In this document: piece by piece, positions 14,242-27,296 of the stretch
Layout: every line of letters starts with the position of its first letter
How positions within the stretch are numbered: position 1 is the stretch's first letter
Origin: Adineta vaga
Lineage: Eukaryota; Animalia; Rotifera
Length of the DNA: 64,000 bases
Direction of reading: 5' to 3'
Assembly: GCA_021613535.1 (NCBI GenBank)
Contig: CP075493.1
Coordinates: 10,292,001-10,356,000 of the forward strand
Program-made: the position numbers and the translations under genes
The notes under the pieces: generated by a model
The model's database searches: none
What the model was told of the DNA's origin: nothing
What the model saw: the letters and a program-made list of their open reading frames with translations, nothing else

Positions 14242-16130
14242 ATGACTGAGTACGATTTAACCGCAAAATTAGGTCGTTATTTCGATCGTCATCTCGTTTT
14301 TCCATTATTAGAATTTTTAACCGAAAGAAACGTAAGAGAGATCTCTTCTGATTCTTTACTAAACTATTAATATAAACTGTTGTTTTTTTTCATTTTTAGA
14401 TCTTCGATGAAAAGGAAATTCTTCAAGCTAAATATGATCTGTTACAACATACGACTATGGTTGATTTTCAATTGGATATTCATAATAAACTTCATCCTGA
14501 TGGAGAAGAACCAAAAGGTAATTGTTATTATTAGAAGTTGTGTAAGTAAAGGAGGATATATTTTTTTGTTTCTTATAGAATTGATTGGAAAACGCGAAGA
14601 AATTGTATCTCGATTTACTGAACTTTCACAAGCTGTTCAACCATTATTGGATGCTGTTGTAACTGAAGATGCAGCTCGTCTAATTGAACATCAACGGTAA
14701 ACTCTCGTGCAAAAAGGATTCTTATTTTTTATAAATCTATGATTACTTTCTTTAGTAATAGTGATTCAATGCTTGCATTGAACTTCTTACAAAAGAATTT
14801 TGATGTAAGTAGACCAACAACAGTTTTAACTAAGAGATTTTATTCGTTGATATGTATTACCATTTCTTTTCTCTCGTAGATTGAACGAAGTATGGTGGAT
14901 GGTCTCTATAATTTTGCTCGTTATGTTTACGATTGTGGTGATTATTCTCGAGCAGCAACCAATTTAGGTCTCTATCGTGCTCTTGTAAGTAATCGATCAA
15001 TTGATAAATCGATCTTTTCTTTGACAATTGAAAATTTAGGTACCCAATAGTGATAAAAACATGATGTCATGTCTATGGGGTAAATTAGCATCTGAAATCT
15101 TAATGCAACGTTGGGATGATGCATATGATGATTTAAATCAATTAAAAGAAGCCATTGAAACGAATAGTACCCGTTCACCATTAGATTTATTACATCAACG
15201 TACATGGTTTATTCATTGGTCATTATTCGTCTATTTTAATCATCCAAGAGGACGTGATGATCTCGTTCAGTTATTTCTCGGCTCATCAACACCAGCAGCT
15301 AATCAATCAAATGTTTATTTAAATACATTACAAACAGCATCACCTCATCTATTACGTTATTTAGCTGCAGCTGTTATTATCAATCCACGAAAGAAAAATG
15401 AAAGAACATTAAAAGAACTTATTAAAGTCATTCAACAGGTTAGAAAATCTCTCGTATAAAACTTTAGAGTTGTAATTACTGATTTTCCTTTTATCCGATT
15501 AGGAATCTTATGCATTCCGTGATCCAATTACGGAATTTCTCGAATGTCTTTACGTTCATTTTGATTTCGATGGGGCACAAAAGAAATTACGTGATTGTAC
15601 AGTCGTACTCAATAACGATTTCTTTTTGATTGGTTGTGCTGATGAATTCATGGAAAATGCACGTTTATTAATATTCGAAACATTCTGTCGTATTCATCAT
15701 TGTATTACCATTGAGTAAGATCTCATTTATTTTTCGAACGAAAGTTTAATGCATGCTGTTTTTATTTTTTGTATTTAGTATGTTAGCAGAAAAATTAAAT
15801 ATGGGAACAGAAGAAGCTGAACGTTGGATTGTGAATTTAATTCGTAATGCCAGTTTAGATGCAAAGATTGATTCTCAAAAAGGTGTGGTTGTAATGGGCT
15901 CACAAGTTTTATCACCCTATCAAACAGTTATTGAAAAAACAAAGAATTTATTCAATCGAACACAAATGTTAGCACATAATAGTGACAAGAAACGAGATAC
16001 AAATGTAACGAATGAATCATCTGTTTTGTTTTCGAAAATATTTCAATTCTATTTGTTTTAGGCTAGTTGGAATCATTATCAAGCTCAACAATCACAAGCA
16101 AGTACCACACTTGCTCCACTAGTCGAATGA
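14242..16130 (+). CDS. EIF3E: Eukaryotic translation initiation factor 3 subunit E (INT6)
   Basis: [26 protein letters not shown]; [15 protein letters not shown]; [19 protein letters not shown]; PCI domain [13 protein letters not shown]...[21 protein letters not shown]. Canonical short introns. Confidence 0.97.
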
Positions 16131-16450
16131 AAACAGAAGATTTTAGTATCGTTATTAGAAATATCAAAAGATTTATTTTTGAAACACCGATTAAAAGAAT
16201 AAAAAAAAGAGAATTTACGTTCAACTTTTGCATTGTTTTATTGCTTGGATGAAGTAAAGTTCAGATGAACTCAACTAGAATAGACGAGCTTAATTGGAGG
16301 AAACTATTCTTAACAAAAAAAACAAGTACTTTAACATGAACAAAGATTTCCTCATTAATATGAAGAGAGTTCCGATAAACAAAGGTTATCTACAAGAACT
16401 ATCCCTTCCTTTTTTTGTGTTTTAGATTGTAAATGTATATTTAATGAACT

Positions 16451-18208
16451 ATGACAAGTGATACTGTATTTGTTCATGAAGATGAAAAGAATCTTCAACT
16501 ATTAACACGACATTTCGATGTTGTTCATTCCGAAGAAGATGATGAAGAAAATCAAATTCGATTATCAACGTCTATTTCAGTTGAACAGTTACCCTCCTCA
16601 GCATCATCGATTCCTCCTTCTCCTCCTCCTCAACCACCGGTGCCAAAAATCGATTCATTTGATGATAAATCGTTAAACAAATTATATGATGATTGGCTAG
16701 CTCTAGATGCTGAATTACGTTTATTTGAACCGAAACATAAAGAATATGTTGTGAAATTGGATGAAGTTGAATCATTAAAAACAAAATATCGAGCAGATTT
16801 TGATAAATATCACAAAAAACTCAATCTACTACAAAAAGATATTAATCAATTGAGAAAAGTCTATACTAAAAAAGGTAATCAACAGAATTAGTTCTTTCAC
16901 GAGAGTTTCTATGTATTTGTCTTTAGAAGAAGAAGAAGAAGCTAAAAAGAAGAATACATCTAATTCAATCAATATAAAAAATTCTCAATCAACAACAAAT
17001 CTTGATACAAAAATATCTTCATCTGAAGATTCGTCACGTCCACTAACATCTGTTAATTCTTCTCCATCATTAGATAAAATCGTTGGAACATTATCATCTC
17101 TCGAACGATTAAATATCATATCTGAACAAGTAAATACGAATTCATTATATCTTTCACGAGTATCAACAACATTACCACGTAAAGATCCATATTTAAAAGT
17201 GATTCTCGGCGGTGTTGATGTTTCAATATTAAATAAAGCAGATAAATGGACATATAAACAAGAATATGAAAAATTTAAATTTATTATCACATGTATTGCA
17301 CTTGTATCATCATTAGTCATTTGGTCCTTAACAGCACGTTATCGAGCATTTGATGCATTATTTCATTTTTTACTTGTCTGGTATTATTGTACATTGACAA
17401 TACGAGAATCGATTTTAATTGTCAATGGATCCAATATCAATCGTAAGTTTAGTTGTTGTTTTTCTATTTGAAAACGTTCGATATGGTTTTTTTTTGCATT
17501 TAGCTTGGTGGAGAGCTCATCATTTTATTGCAACTGTTGCTACAGGCATTTTATTAACCTGGCCAGAATCTCGATCTTATCATACATTCCGTACACAATT
17601 CTTTGTCTTTTCGTTTTATTTAAGTTTTGTACAAGTAAATCAATTCGAAATATGAAACTTATCTCATTAATTCTTTTGTTTTTTTATAATAGCTTCTTCA
17701 GTTTTATTATCAACGTGGTTGTCTCTATCGATTACGAGCTTTAGGTGAAACACATGATATGGAAATTACAATTGAAGGTTTTCAACGATGGATGTTTCGT
17801 AAGTTTCTTAGGACGTATTTGACTAAACTTTTCGCTTTGTTATTCTCAGGTGGTTTATCATTTCTGGTACCATTTCTGCTCGTCGGTTATCTATTTCAAT
17901 TATATAATGCATATACTTTATGGCAATTATCTTATGATTCTACGACACATGAATGGCAAGTGATGGTCTTATCGATAATATTTTTCTTTCTTTTTCTTGG
18001 AAATATCTTAACAACATTGAGTGTTTTACGTGAGAAATTACGCGAGAAAACACCACCATCACTATTAAAACAGAAATATCAAAGTTTGAAAACATTTTTA
18101 TCAACAAATTATCATCGTCGTTCGCGATCATTCCATCAATTCGGACAAAGACAACGACAACAGCAAGAATGTACCGGATCTACGTATTTATCTGCGAAAG
18201 AAGATTAA
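16451..18208 (+). CDS. TMEM120: TMEM120 (TMPIT/TACAN) family membrane protein
   Basis: N-terminal coiled coil; YKQEYEKFK; FLLVWYYCTLTIRESILIVNGS; WWRAHHF; YYQRGCLYRLRALGE...EGFQRWMF. Confidence 0.95.
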
Positions 18209-18301
18209 CTGTATTTTGTTTTGTCTTAAAAAAAGAAAAAACATGCAAAGAAACTCACCGATTGAAATAAAATAAGACATCTCTGATTTTTCTTTTTGAA
18301 G

Positions 18302-18771
18302 ATGAAATTATCAGTTTTTCTACTGAAACAAGTCTCACAATTTCGATTTACGAATTATGTACCAACGCGACGTATTCCTGGCAATATCTTACTTGGGTAG
18401 GAGATGAAATTTGATGAAGAACAAAAAAGCAAATTGACTTTCTTTTTTTTGTTAAAGAAAACATCGTGTTCGACGAACGTTAAGTCAAGGTGAAAGACGT
18501 GATATGCAACAACGTATTGAAATTGAATTAGAAAATATGGCACATCTCAGTCGACCATATCTTACTGAAGTAAAAACAAATGATGAAGAAATTTTGATAC
18601 GAATGAATTTGATTTTAGGAAGAAGATAATTTGTATGAACGTGATCCTGTTCGTCGTGAACGAGAAGAAAAGGAGATGGCTCTAAAACGGCGACAAGAAG
18701 AAATACCCGAACATATTTATTTAAAGCGTGATTTGTTAGATCGTGTTGCGTGGTATAAAAAATGGGAATAA
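18302..18771 (+). CDS. MRPL57: Mitochondrial ribosomal protein mL63 (MRPL57/MRP63), 3 exons
   Basis: Spliced product MKLSVFLL...RRIPGNILLGKHRVRR...MQQRIEIELENMAHLSRPYLTEEE...DLLDRVAWYKKWE* matches the mL63 pattern RIPG..IGKHR..RLEIE.EN...LS.PY.T.E...KKW. Not in the ORF track. Confidence 0.88.
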
Positions 18772-18863
18772 ACTTGTTTTTCTTTTGTTTGTCTTCACAA
18801 ATCAATCCGATTTTGTAGTATTTTTGCGTATTGTAGATCGTTTGATAAACTCAGTTTTAGTTC

Positions 18864-19722
18864 ATGTCGAGCGAAGAAGAAGATGAATCAGTAATTGGTA
18901 CGAAAGAATAGTGAGTAATGAAAAGATCAAGTGTATCTTTCGAATCATTCAGTGGGTTGTTTGATTTAGTTGGGATACATTGTATGAAGGTGAATTGAAT
19001 AATTTCAATGAATTTGGTGATGAAGGAGAAATTTGGTAAAGAAAATTGAAGTTTTGTTGAGATTTTTTACACGAAATATTTCAGGTTTGGCAAAGGTATT
19101 CTAAGTAAACTTGTTGAAACTGTCTTTCAAATTGTACCTGAAAAAGAAACAACAACGATTCTAGATATTGGCACAGGTTAGTTCATACTCTTTCTTTTCA
19201 ATCTAAATAGGACAACTGTTTAGGTAATGGTCATGTTATTCAACGATTATTACGTCGTGGTTATGTTCATCTAACTGGTATTGATTATTCAGAAAAATCC
19301 ATTGAATTAGCACGAACACAAATTGGATCAAATGTTAAATTTCAAGTGGTAGATATGACTGCATCGGATACATCCGCACTTGATCATTTTGATATTGGAA
19401 TTGATAAAGGAACATTAGATGCGATATTATTATGTTCATCTGATCAACGAAAAAGTAAATGTCAAGCTTATGTTGAAACAGTTCATCGACATATAAAAAA
19501 TCTCTTATTTCTTGTTTCGTGTAATTGGACACGAACTGAATTATTGGAATTTTTTCAACCGAGTAAGATTATTCTCTTGGATAATTTGAGAAACGAATAA
19601 AATCTTTCGTTTTCTTTTTTATAGAATTTTCATTAGAACGTGAAATTGAAACACCAACAATGCAGTTTGGTGGACGACAGGGCAAAACAGTAACTTTTCT
19701 TGTGTTAAAAAGAAACGATTGA
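18864..19722 (+). CDS. EEF1AKMT2: EEF1A lysine methyltransferase 2 (METTL10/Efm4 family)
   Basis: [29 protein letters not shown]; SAM motif ILDIGTGNG; TGIDYS; DKGTLDAI; SCNWT; PTMQFGGRQG. Confidence 0.93.
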
Positions 19723-20136
19723 TTTACTGTGATATATAAAATTTAATAAATACATTTATTTAAAAACGAGTATTTGTTGAGATTAAAATCTACGTTCGAA
19801 CCAGTTTGATAGGATCAATGTATAAATAATTAAATTATAAATTATAAAAATGCGAGATGAATCGAAAAGTTCTTCTCTCCATAAATTCATTCTTGACGAT
19901 GTTATTTAATTAAAACCTTTTCTGCCTTTAAAAGACACGTTTTTCTTTATTCTGTCAGAGCCCTACATTCCTTTGACTGTGGCAACATTATATCATCATA
20001 AGAAGACGAAACAATTAATTGTACTGACGGACGTTTTTCTTTTCTGTCGAGATGAACAAAGGAAAAATAAATACCTCTACTTTTCGATCTTTATATAGTT
20101 ACGAGCTCGTATAACATTCTTCATAATATACAAATC

Positions 20137-20374
20137 ATGAAAGTAATCTTATTCGTTTTTCTTCTGATAATCTCTATCACATGCTTCGTACAATCAATTT
20201 CATTAAAATTCGATAAAACAACAAGGTAACACTTATAAAGAAAGTTCTTTCTCATGTATTACGTAGATTTTATATATATATCTGTTTAGAAATGCTTCAC
20301 GATTTGGTCCAATAGATGAAGATGGTTTTGATGAAACTATCTGGGGTACACCAGAACGTAATATACCTAAATAA
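20137..20374 (+). CDS. Small secreted peptide precursor (57 aa, 2 exons)
   Basis: Exons 20137-20225 and 20290-20374 with a 64-nt GT-AG intron give MKVILFVFLLIISITCFVQS-ISLKFDKTTRNASRFGPIDEDGFDETIWGTPERNIPK*. Clear signal peptide. AATAAA at about 20461. Confidence 0.7.
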
Positions 20375-20611
20375 AATAATCGACGATTTATTTGTTACTG
20401 TCATGATAGTTTGAATGACGATGTTCAGATCCTCTTTGTATATAATTCTTGATAAATTTAAATAAAATATATGTCTATGTCACAATCTTATTTTATTATC
20501 ACTTTACAACTAAGAAAATACAACATTTAATAGAACAATTGTGTCATGCTTGAATATCATATTATATGTGTACTAAATTCTTTGGAATTGTTTTGGTTTT
20601 TTTTAGACAAA

Positions 20612-21691
20612 TTACATTAATATAATTGGATCTGAGAAAGAAGTATATTCTAAAAGTAAACTTTCAATTCGTTTTTCTTTTTCAATATTAATATTGATTG
20701 AATAGGAGATTCGTTGATGTTTTTTATGATGTTTTGAATAACCCAAACAAACACGAATTCTTTTATAAATCTGTGGTGTGACATAAAGTGATGATAAACT
20801 AATAAATAAAAATGATATGGACATAATCATTGAACAAATTCGATAAGCAAGCCAATGTAAATGTCCAGTTGTTATAAAGATAATAAAGAATAAACTTGGA
20901 GGTATACCTAATGTCCAAAGAAATATCATTACTGTACAAATTCGTTTGATGACACTTGCATCACGTTTATTTTGTCGTCGAAGTTTTGTTGTTGTCATTA
21001 ATGATTGTTTTCGTTTATGTCGAATATCATGAATAATTCGAAAATAGATAAAACTCAAACAACATAATGGTAACAAATAAACTATGAGTGTTAAAAATGT
21101 AAAAGCACGTATATTCGTAAAGGCAATTCCACAACTAAAATCTTCTGATAAATAAACAATAAATGATGTTGAATTTTGATTGGCAAATAATATTGGTAGA
21201 ACAAGTAGAAATGATAGTATCCATTGAATGAAAATATAATAGGAAAATGTTGAAGTTGTTCGAAGTTGTTTATGTTTATGATAGACAATCCGAAAAAGTC
21301 GATAAGCAGCTTGTAAAACATATGATAAGTAAATTGATGTGATAAAAACAATAGTAAGATAACCACGAGCATGACAATTCCAAAGAATAATTGCTTTTAT
21401 TTGAATGATATTTTGATCACCAGCAATATATGCTATAGTCATTAAACCCAATGTAATACATGATGCAATGATAGTTAAACTTGTATTACATGTGAGAACT
21501 AGAGAAACATGAAAAGATTTTCTCGATTTTCTCTTCGAAAAATAAATAATAATAACATAAACAATGACCGATAGGGAAATAATTATAGCAATGATAACAT
21601 TGATTAATGTCCATATACTAGTTAATGTTTTTAAAACGAATCGATCATTTGAATTGCTATAATTCTCACTTTTGTAGAGTTCACTATTCAT
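20612..21691 (-). CDS. Intronless rhodopsin-like 7TM GPCR (orphan)
   Basis: 359-aa ORF with seven hydrophobic segments, Cys at the top of TM3 (WNCHARGY), QAAYRLFRIVY at the DRY position, ECL2 Cys (FSCGI), YLLP in TM5 and GIP in TM6. Confidence 0.85.
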   Translation of the reverse strand: MNSELYKSENYSNSNDRFVLKTLTSIWTLINVIIAIIISLSVIVYVIIIYFSKRKSRKSFHVSLVLTCNTSLTIIASCITLGLMTIAYIAGDQNIIQIKAIILWNCHARGYLTIVFITSIYLSYVLQAAYRLFRIVYHKHKQLRTTSTFSYYIFIQWILSFLLVLPILFANQNSTSFIVYLSEDFSCGIAFTNIRAFTFLTLIVYLLPLCCLSFIYFRIIHDIRHKRKQSLMTTTKLRRQNKRDASVIKRICTVMIFLWTLGIPPSLFFIIFITTGHLHWLAYRICSMIMSISFLFISLSSLYVTPQIYKRIRVCLGYSKHHKKHQRISYSININIEKEKRIESLLLEYTSFSDPIILM

Positions 21692-23189
21692 GATAATTGT
21701 TGTGTTGAATTATCGGAAGAAATGAATTTCCATGTTGTACTAAGAAATACATTATACGATGCAAAGACAAAAAGAAGACATCTAGCAGTTCAAGCACGAA
21801 CAACATAATTATTCTTGTATTTTACTAATATTAATCTGAAAATGATTTCATTTGTCATTACTATTAAACATCTTGTGGAAAACAAATTGTTTTACTCGAT
21901 GATATAGTTCTCAAATTTATACGAATCCTTTCAGCTAGACACTCAATATCTAATTTATTTGGTATTTTAAATAATTAGCACTTGTCTATCAGAATTATCA
22001 TTCTTATATTAATCTTCAGATCATTACAACATACTATACAGTATATCTAAATAGATCCAATTTTCGCTCTAGACAAAAACAAAGCAAGAACCGGTTTCAA
22101 TCGTTTATTAAAACACAAGAAAATATCTCTTGATATTTGTATCTTGAGAGATTTTTAATCACATATTATATTTTTTTAGACGATTAATATAAGTTTGAAT
22201 TCTCAAGGATATCGATGATCATCATAGTTATCAAAAATAGATGAACATTTGATTGAAAAGGATGACGCGTGATTTTCAAGGTCAAATTTGATTGATTTTG
22301 TTTAAATTATAATGTAAATCAATTTGACACATTTAATTTTGAACTCATTCATACTCGTCACTTATTTCTTTCTTTCTTTTTTTCTTCTTCTCTCTTCATT
22401 CATTCTAAGTAGTACTAGAGTTCATATTGATCAAACAATACATGTAAAACATTGAATTCTTCAAACGAACTTAAGTAAATGGAATATATTAGTGAAAAAA
22501 TATTGTTGGTATTTTTCTTTTTTGTCTCATTGAAATCAACATCGTTATTATCTTAATCATCAAATCACGTGTGCTCGGTCATCTAGTATATGATAGTTCA
22601 TTGAACGACAAACAGAGATCGCTAGATATATGTATCAATGCGAAGTGATCACTTATTTTCACATCTTCAATTCAATGGTTAATGAAAAAAACATACCGTG
22701 AACTTTTCTTTTCTTCCGTTCAACCGATTATCAACATACCTTTCTTTTCTCTCTTCTCGCTTTCTCTTCTTTTGTCTTTACATTGTTAACTATTCGACCA
22801 AGATGAACTGAACATATTCTTCATTTTTTGTCGACAAAATCGAAAAAAATCATTGATATTAACACGTAGAACTCTATGGTAAGGGTTTTTTCAAATACAA
22901 TTCATTCGATTATTTGATATATGATAAAATTAGATTTTCGTTGTTAAACAGATGAAAAGAGATTATATATATATGAAGTGTTTGTGAGGAGGATGAATAA
23001 GATCAATATTCTTCTTTTTCTTATCGTATTTGTTAGTTCTTATTGTAATCGATATTTGAACATGTCTTCTTTTCGAACGTGCAAAACAGAACAGTACGTG
23101 CTGTTTATTTGTCTTCGTTCTATTTGTTCAATTTCTCGTTCATACATTTCTTTTTCACGACATTTTTCTAGATTGAAAATCATAACAAT

Positions 23190-26100
23190 ATGAATAATGA
23201 TGATATGGATGATCAAAATGATTGTATTCAAGTAACTTTAACAAGAGTAAGTAACGAATTTGTTTCGCATAGAATCAGTATGATGATATTTTAGTCGACA
23301 TTACATGGTTTTGGTATTTCAATAAGCGAAGGAAATGATGAAAATGATAATCGATCATTGATTGTTTCGGATGTTATTAAAAATGGACCTGCTGATGGAA
23401 AAATTTTGTAAGAAGTTGTTCGTGTTCTGAATTTAGAAGAAATATATCATATTTTAATTAGGGTCAACGATCGTATTGTCAATGTGAATGGTCATCCTGT
23501 TGTACGTTATATGGAATATACGGCGATGAAATTAATTCGTGAATCGACTGATTTTGTTCATTTAGTATGGGAATGAATTTCTTGTTTATTCCCTTGTGTT
23601 TCATTTGAAGTTTTGTTCTCTATAGATTGTTGAACGACGAAAACATTCGACAAACGTGTCAGAAAATGGATCACCAATGAAATGTGTATGGAATAAAACA
23701 CGTAAAGATGATAAAATTGCCATTGTTCTTGATTGTCGATATTTTATTAAAAAAATTTCTCATAAATTTAATGAAAAATTGGATCATATTCAAGAAGGCG
23801 ACGAAGTTATTAAAGTAAAATTCGATATATTCTTTTGTTTACAACATGAGAGAAAGTCATCTATTGTTGTTAGATTAATGAAATACCAATTGATCGTTTA
23901 ACATTACAAGAAGCACAGAAACTAATTGATAAAACAAAAGATCAATTAATTCTATATACAATTCCAAGCAGATCACATACGAATCATCAAGAATCGACTT
24001 TTGCTTATAAAAAACTACAATCCGATTATAGTCAACATATATTTGAACAAGCAAAAACTTATCGTCATCAAACTTTTCCTCGACCAAAGTAGAATTCAAT
24101 GAAGTGTTCTTGTCATTCAATTTTCAATTTTTCATTTAGTTCGGGATCAAGATATGTCTCATTTTTTACGGAAACATCAAGCATGGGTATTCGACTCGCT
24201 GGTGGTAATAAATATGGTTTATTCATTTGTGAAATACAACCAAATAGTGTCGCATATAAGGCGGGATTATTTGTTAGTGATAAGATATTTAGTGTAAGTT
24301 TCAATATTTGTAGAATAGTCTGAAAGAAGAATTCGTCCTCTAGGTAAATAATGTCGATTTTACAACATTGACACGCGAAGAAGCTGTACTCTATTTAATG
24401 AATTTGAAAAGTTCACAAGTGAATATGATTGTGTCAAATCTATCACATGGTCAGTTTGTTGATTTTCTAAATCTTCTATTTATTATCTGCTATAGAATAT
24501 GAACAATTGTTATCTGATGTGGGTGGTGATTCATTCTATATTCGGTAAAAAAACGCTTTTGTAAATATAGTTTCAAGTGTTCATATAATATACTTTCAGT
24601 GCACATTTCACTTCGAAAGCATCCAATGATGAAGAACTATCCATTGGTATTAACGATGTATTTCATGTTACGGATACACTTTATAACGGTCAAGTTGGTT
24701 ATTGGGTGGCAACAAAACTGAATACACTTTCACCACAAACTAAATTAAATGGAGCCATTCCAAATAAATTACGGTAAGATACGTTGAAAAATTTAATTCT
24801 GTTTATTTGTATGGAGAAATTTGAATATTATAGAGCTGAAGAGTTGATTAAAACTGCACCAAGTTTGGATACGTTAATTAAATCGAAACAATTGTCTTTT
24901 AAGAGCAAATTACGGTCAAAATTTAGTGATAAACGGTCGCGATCTACTCTATCATTAAATCATTCGAAAGATGATTCAATTTTCAGTAAAATGACTTGTT
25001 GGAAACGTAAGTTATTGTATTTCTGTCGATAGATACAATGATAAATGTATTTTAGCTTTGATCAATTCAAAATTTTCTGCATATGAACGAGTTCGATTGA
25101 AAACAAGTAAATATATATTATTAAAAGAAGAATATTTTCAATTGATTATTTTAGTTACTATTATTCGACCTGTTGTTTTATTGGGTCCATTGGCTGATAT
25201 TGCACGTGATCGATTATTATCTGAATATTCTGATCAATTTGAATCACCTCGTAAGTCATCCGATTGATATCGAAAGATATAAGAAGTGAACATCTATCAT
25301 TTAGAAACACATATTCATTCAACAAATAAAACATGTACGAATATAATCAAATTACAGAGTATCAAAGATGTTATTCACAAAGTAAGCATTTAAGATTGAG
25401 TATAATATGTAAGTTGATTATCTATCTTAGAATCATCATTGTCTATTGGATATTACACCATCCGCTATCGAACAATTGAATTATGCTGAATACTATCCAA
25501 TTGTTATTTATTTTCGTGCATCAGATCGTCGTATTGTAAAACAAATTCGTCATGAATATGGTAAACTTTATCAAAAATCGTCTCGCCGTTTATTTGATAC
25601 TTCTGAATATGTTGAACATTTTTACTCGTATTTATTTACATCAATTATCAAACTTGATTCTTCGACAAATTGGTACGAAACGATGAGAAATCAAATTGAA
25701 TTACAACAAGAACAACCAATTTGGATGAATTGTAATCAAACTATGGAGAAAGATTTTCTTAAATCAAATGAATATTTTATTTCAACAAGACTTAGTTATT
25801 CGGATGAATATTCAATATCTGATAAATCATCATTAGATATAGATATGATGAATCGAAAAGAAAAGAATCATTTACAAAGAGTAGCATCCGATCCTATGAT
25901 GTTTCAAAACGATACAATTACTAAAGCTTATTTAACTAAGTTAACTCATGATATAGAAGATGATGGTGATGATGATGATGATGACCATGAACGATATGAG
26001 AATCATCGATTTATTCCATTACCAAATCGTTGTCATTCAGTTATTGAAATGCCAACAAATGATATTGAAAATGTTCAACGTCGAGCAGAATTTTTGTATC

Positions 26101-27281
26101 CAAATACACCATTACTCTATCAGAGATCTCTACATAATTCGAAAGCAAATGAAGTTCAAACGGATAAATACATCAATGTAAATCTATTTGCTTAAAAACG
26201 AAATTTCTACAAATCTTCTCTCTACTTTAGAATCGATATTCTCTTAATACACGTCGTGAAAGCTATCTAGACAATGAACCAAAGATTATTTCTACAAATC
26301 AAAGTTCATTACGACGACCATTGATTGCTCCGAAATTACGTACGATCAATTCCATTGAACAACTTAGTTCTAGCGATAGCAATGGATCAATTCGAAAGAA
26401 TCTTCTAGACAAATCAACCATGACAGCAATTCGATCGAATACTTCAGATTTGAATCATCGCGTATCAATTCCATTGATGAATTCAAATGAAAATTTTTGC
26501 ACAGAGTCTTTACTGAAACAAAAAATGTGTTCCAGTAAAAAACATAATCATACCGAACAAACAAAATCACAAGTATTTCCAACAGCACTATTACAAAAAC
26601 CACGTGTTTACACCTATGATGATCAAAATTTTCTCACGCAACAACAAAATATTCTTTCTTCATCATCGGAATCATCAACGCAGAGTCTAAAAGAAAAGAA
26701 TATCAAAGAAGTGGGTGAAACAAGGTACACTAAAGATTCTCTTTCTTTTCGTCTATTATTTTGAAATTCTTTTCTTTTTTTGTTTTGAAGTGCATATTCT
26801 ATTCAAGATGGGTATGGTATTATCGGTAGTGCTCGAGGGATTATGGATTATTATGGTGGAAAATTATCATGTCCATCAACAGGTGTTTCGTTATTTGTAC
26901 CTGTTGGTGCAATTCGTGAAGGTATTCGACAAGAAATCTATTTTCAAGTTTGTCAAGATGGTTCACATCTTGAAAAGGTCAATGGTCAATTACTTAGTCC
27001 CATCGTTATTTGTGGTCCAAATGGAATTCAATTCGAAAAACCTGTAGAATTAATTTTACCTCATTCAGCTGGACATACAGCTCAACATTTATCTCTTACA
27101 CTTCATGGAACGAATCAAAGTAAGGTTTTCTCGTTTTTTTAAAATTTTGTTCAGAATAATGAAAGAAAAAACTTATTTAGATGGCAAAACAAATTGTCAG
27201 CAACAAAATAAATCGTCTATGACGAATGGAATTCATCATGTTACGAATTCGAATGTTTCAATTCTTGTAGATCATTTTTAG
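23190..27281 (+). CDS. TJP1: Tight junction protein ZO-1/polychaetoid-like MAGUK (PDZ x3, SH3, GuK, ZU5)
   Basis: PDZ1 HGFGISIS...[10 protein letters not shown]; PDZ3 [15 protein letters not shown]; SH3 GDSFYIRAHF...[10 protein letters not shown]; Gu[15 protein letters not shown] and [21 protein letters not shown]; ZU5 [20 protein letters not shown]...[13 protein letters not shown]-terminus SILVDHF* as in ZO-1. Confidence 0.93.
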
Positions 27282-27296
27282 TTCATTTATTTATGC

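Noticed and set aside
18485-18805. 106-aa minus-strand ORF
   Set aside because: Antisense shadow of the spliced MRPL57 gene on the plus strand.
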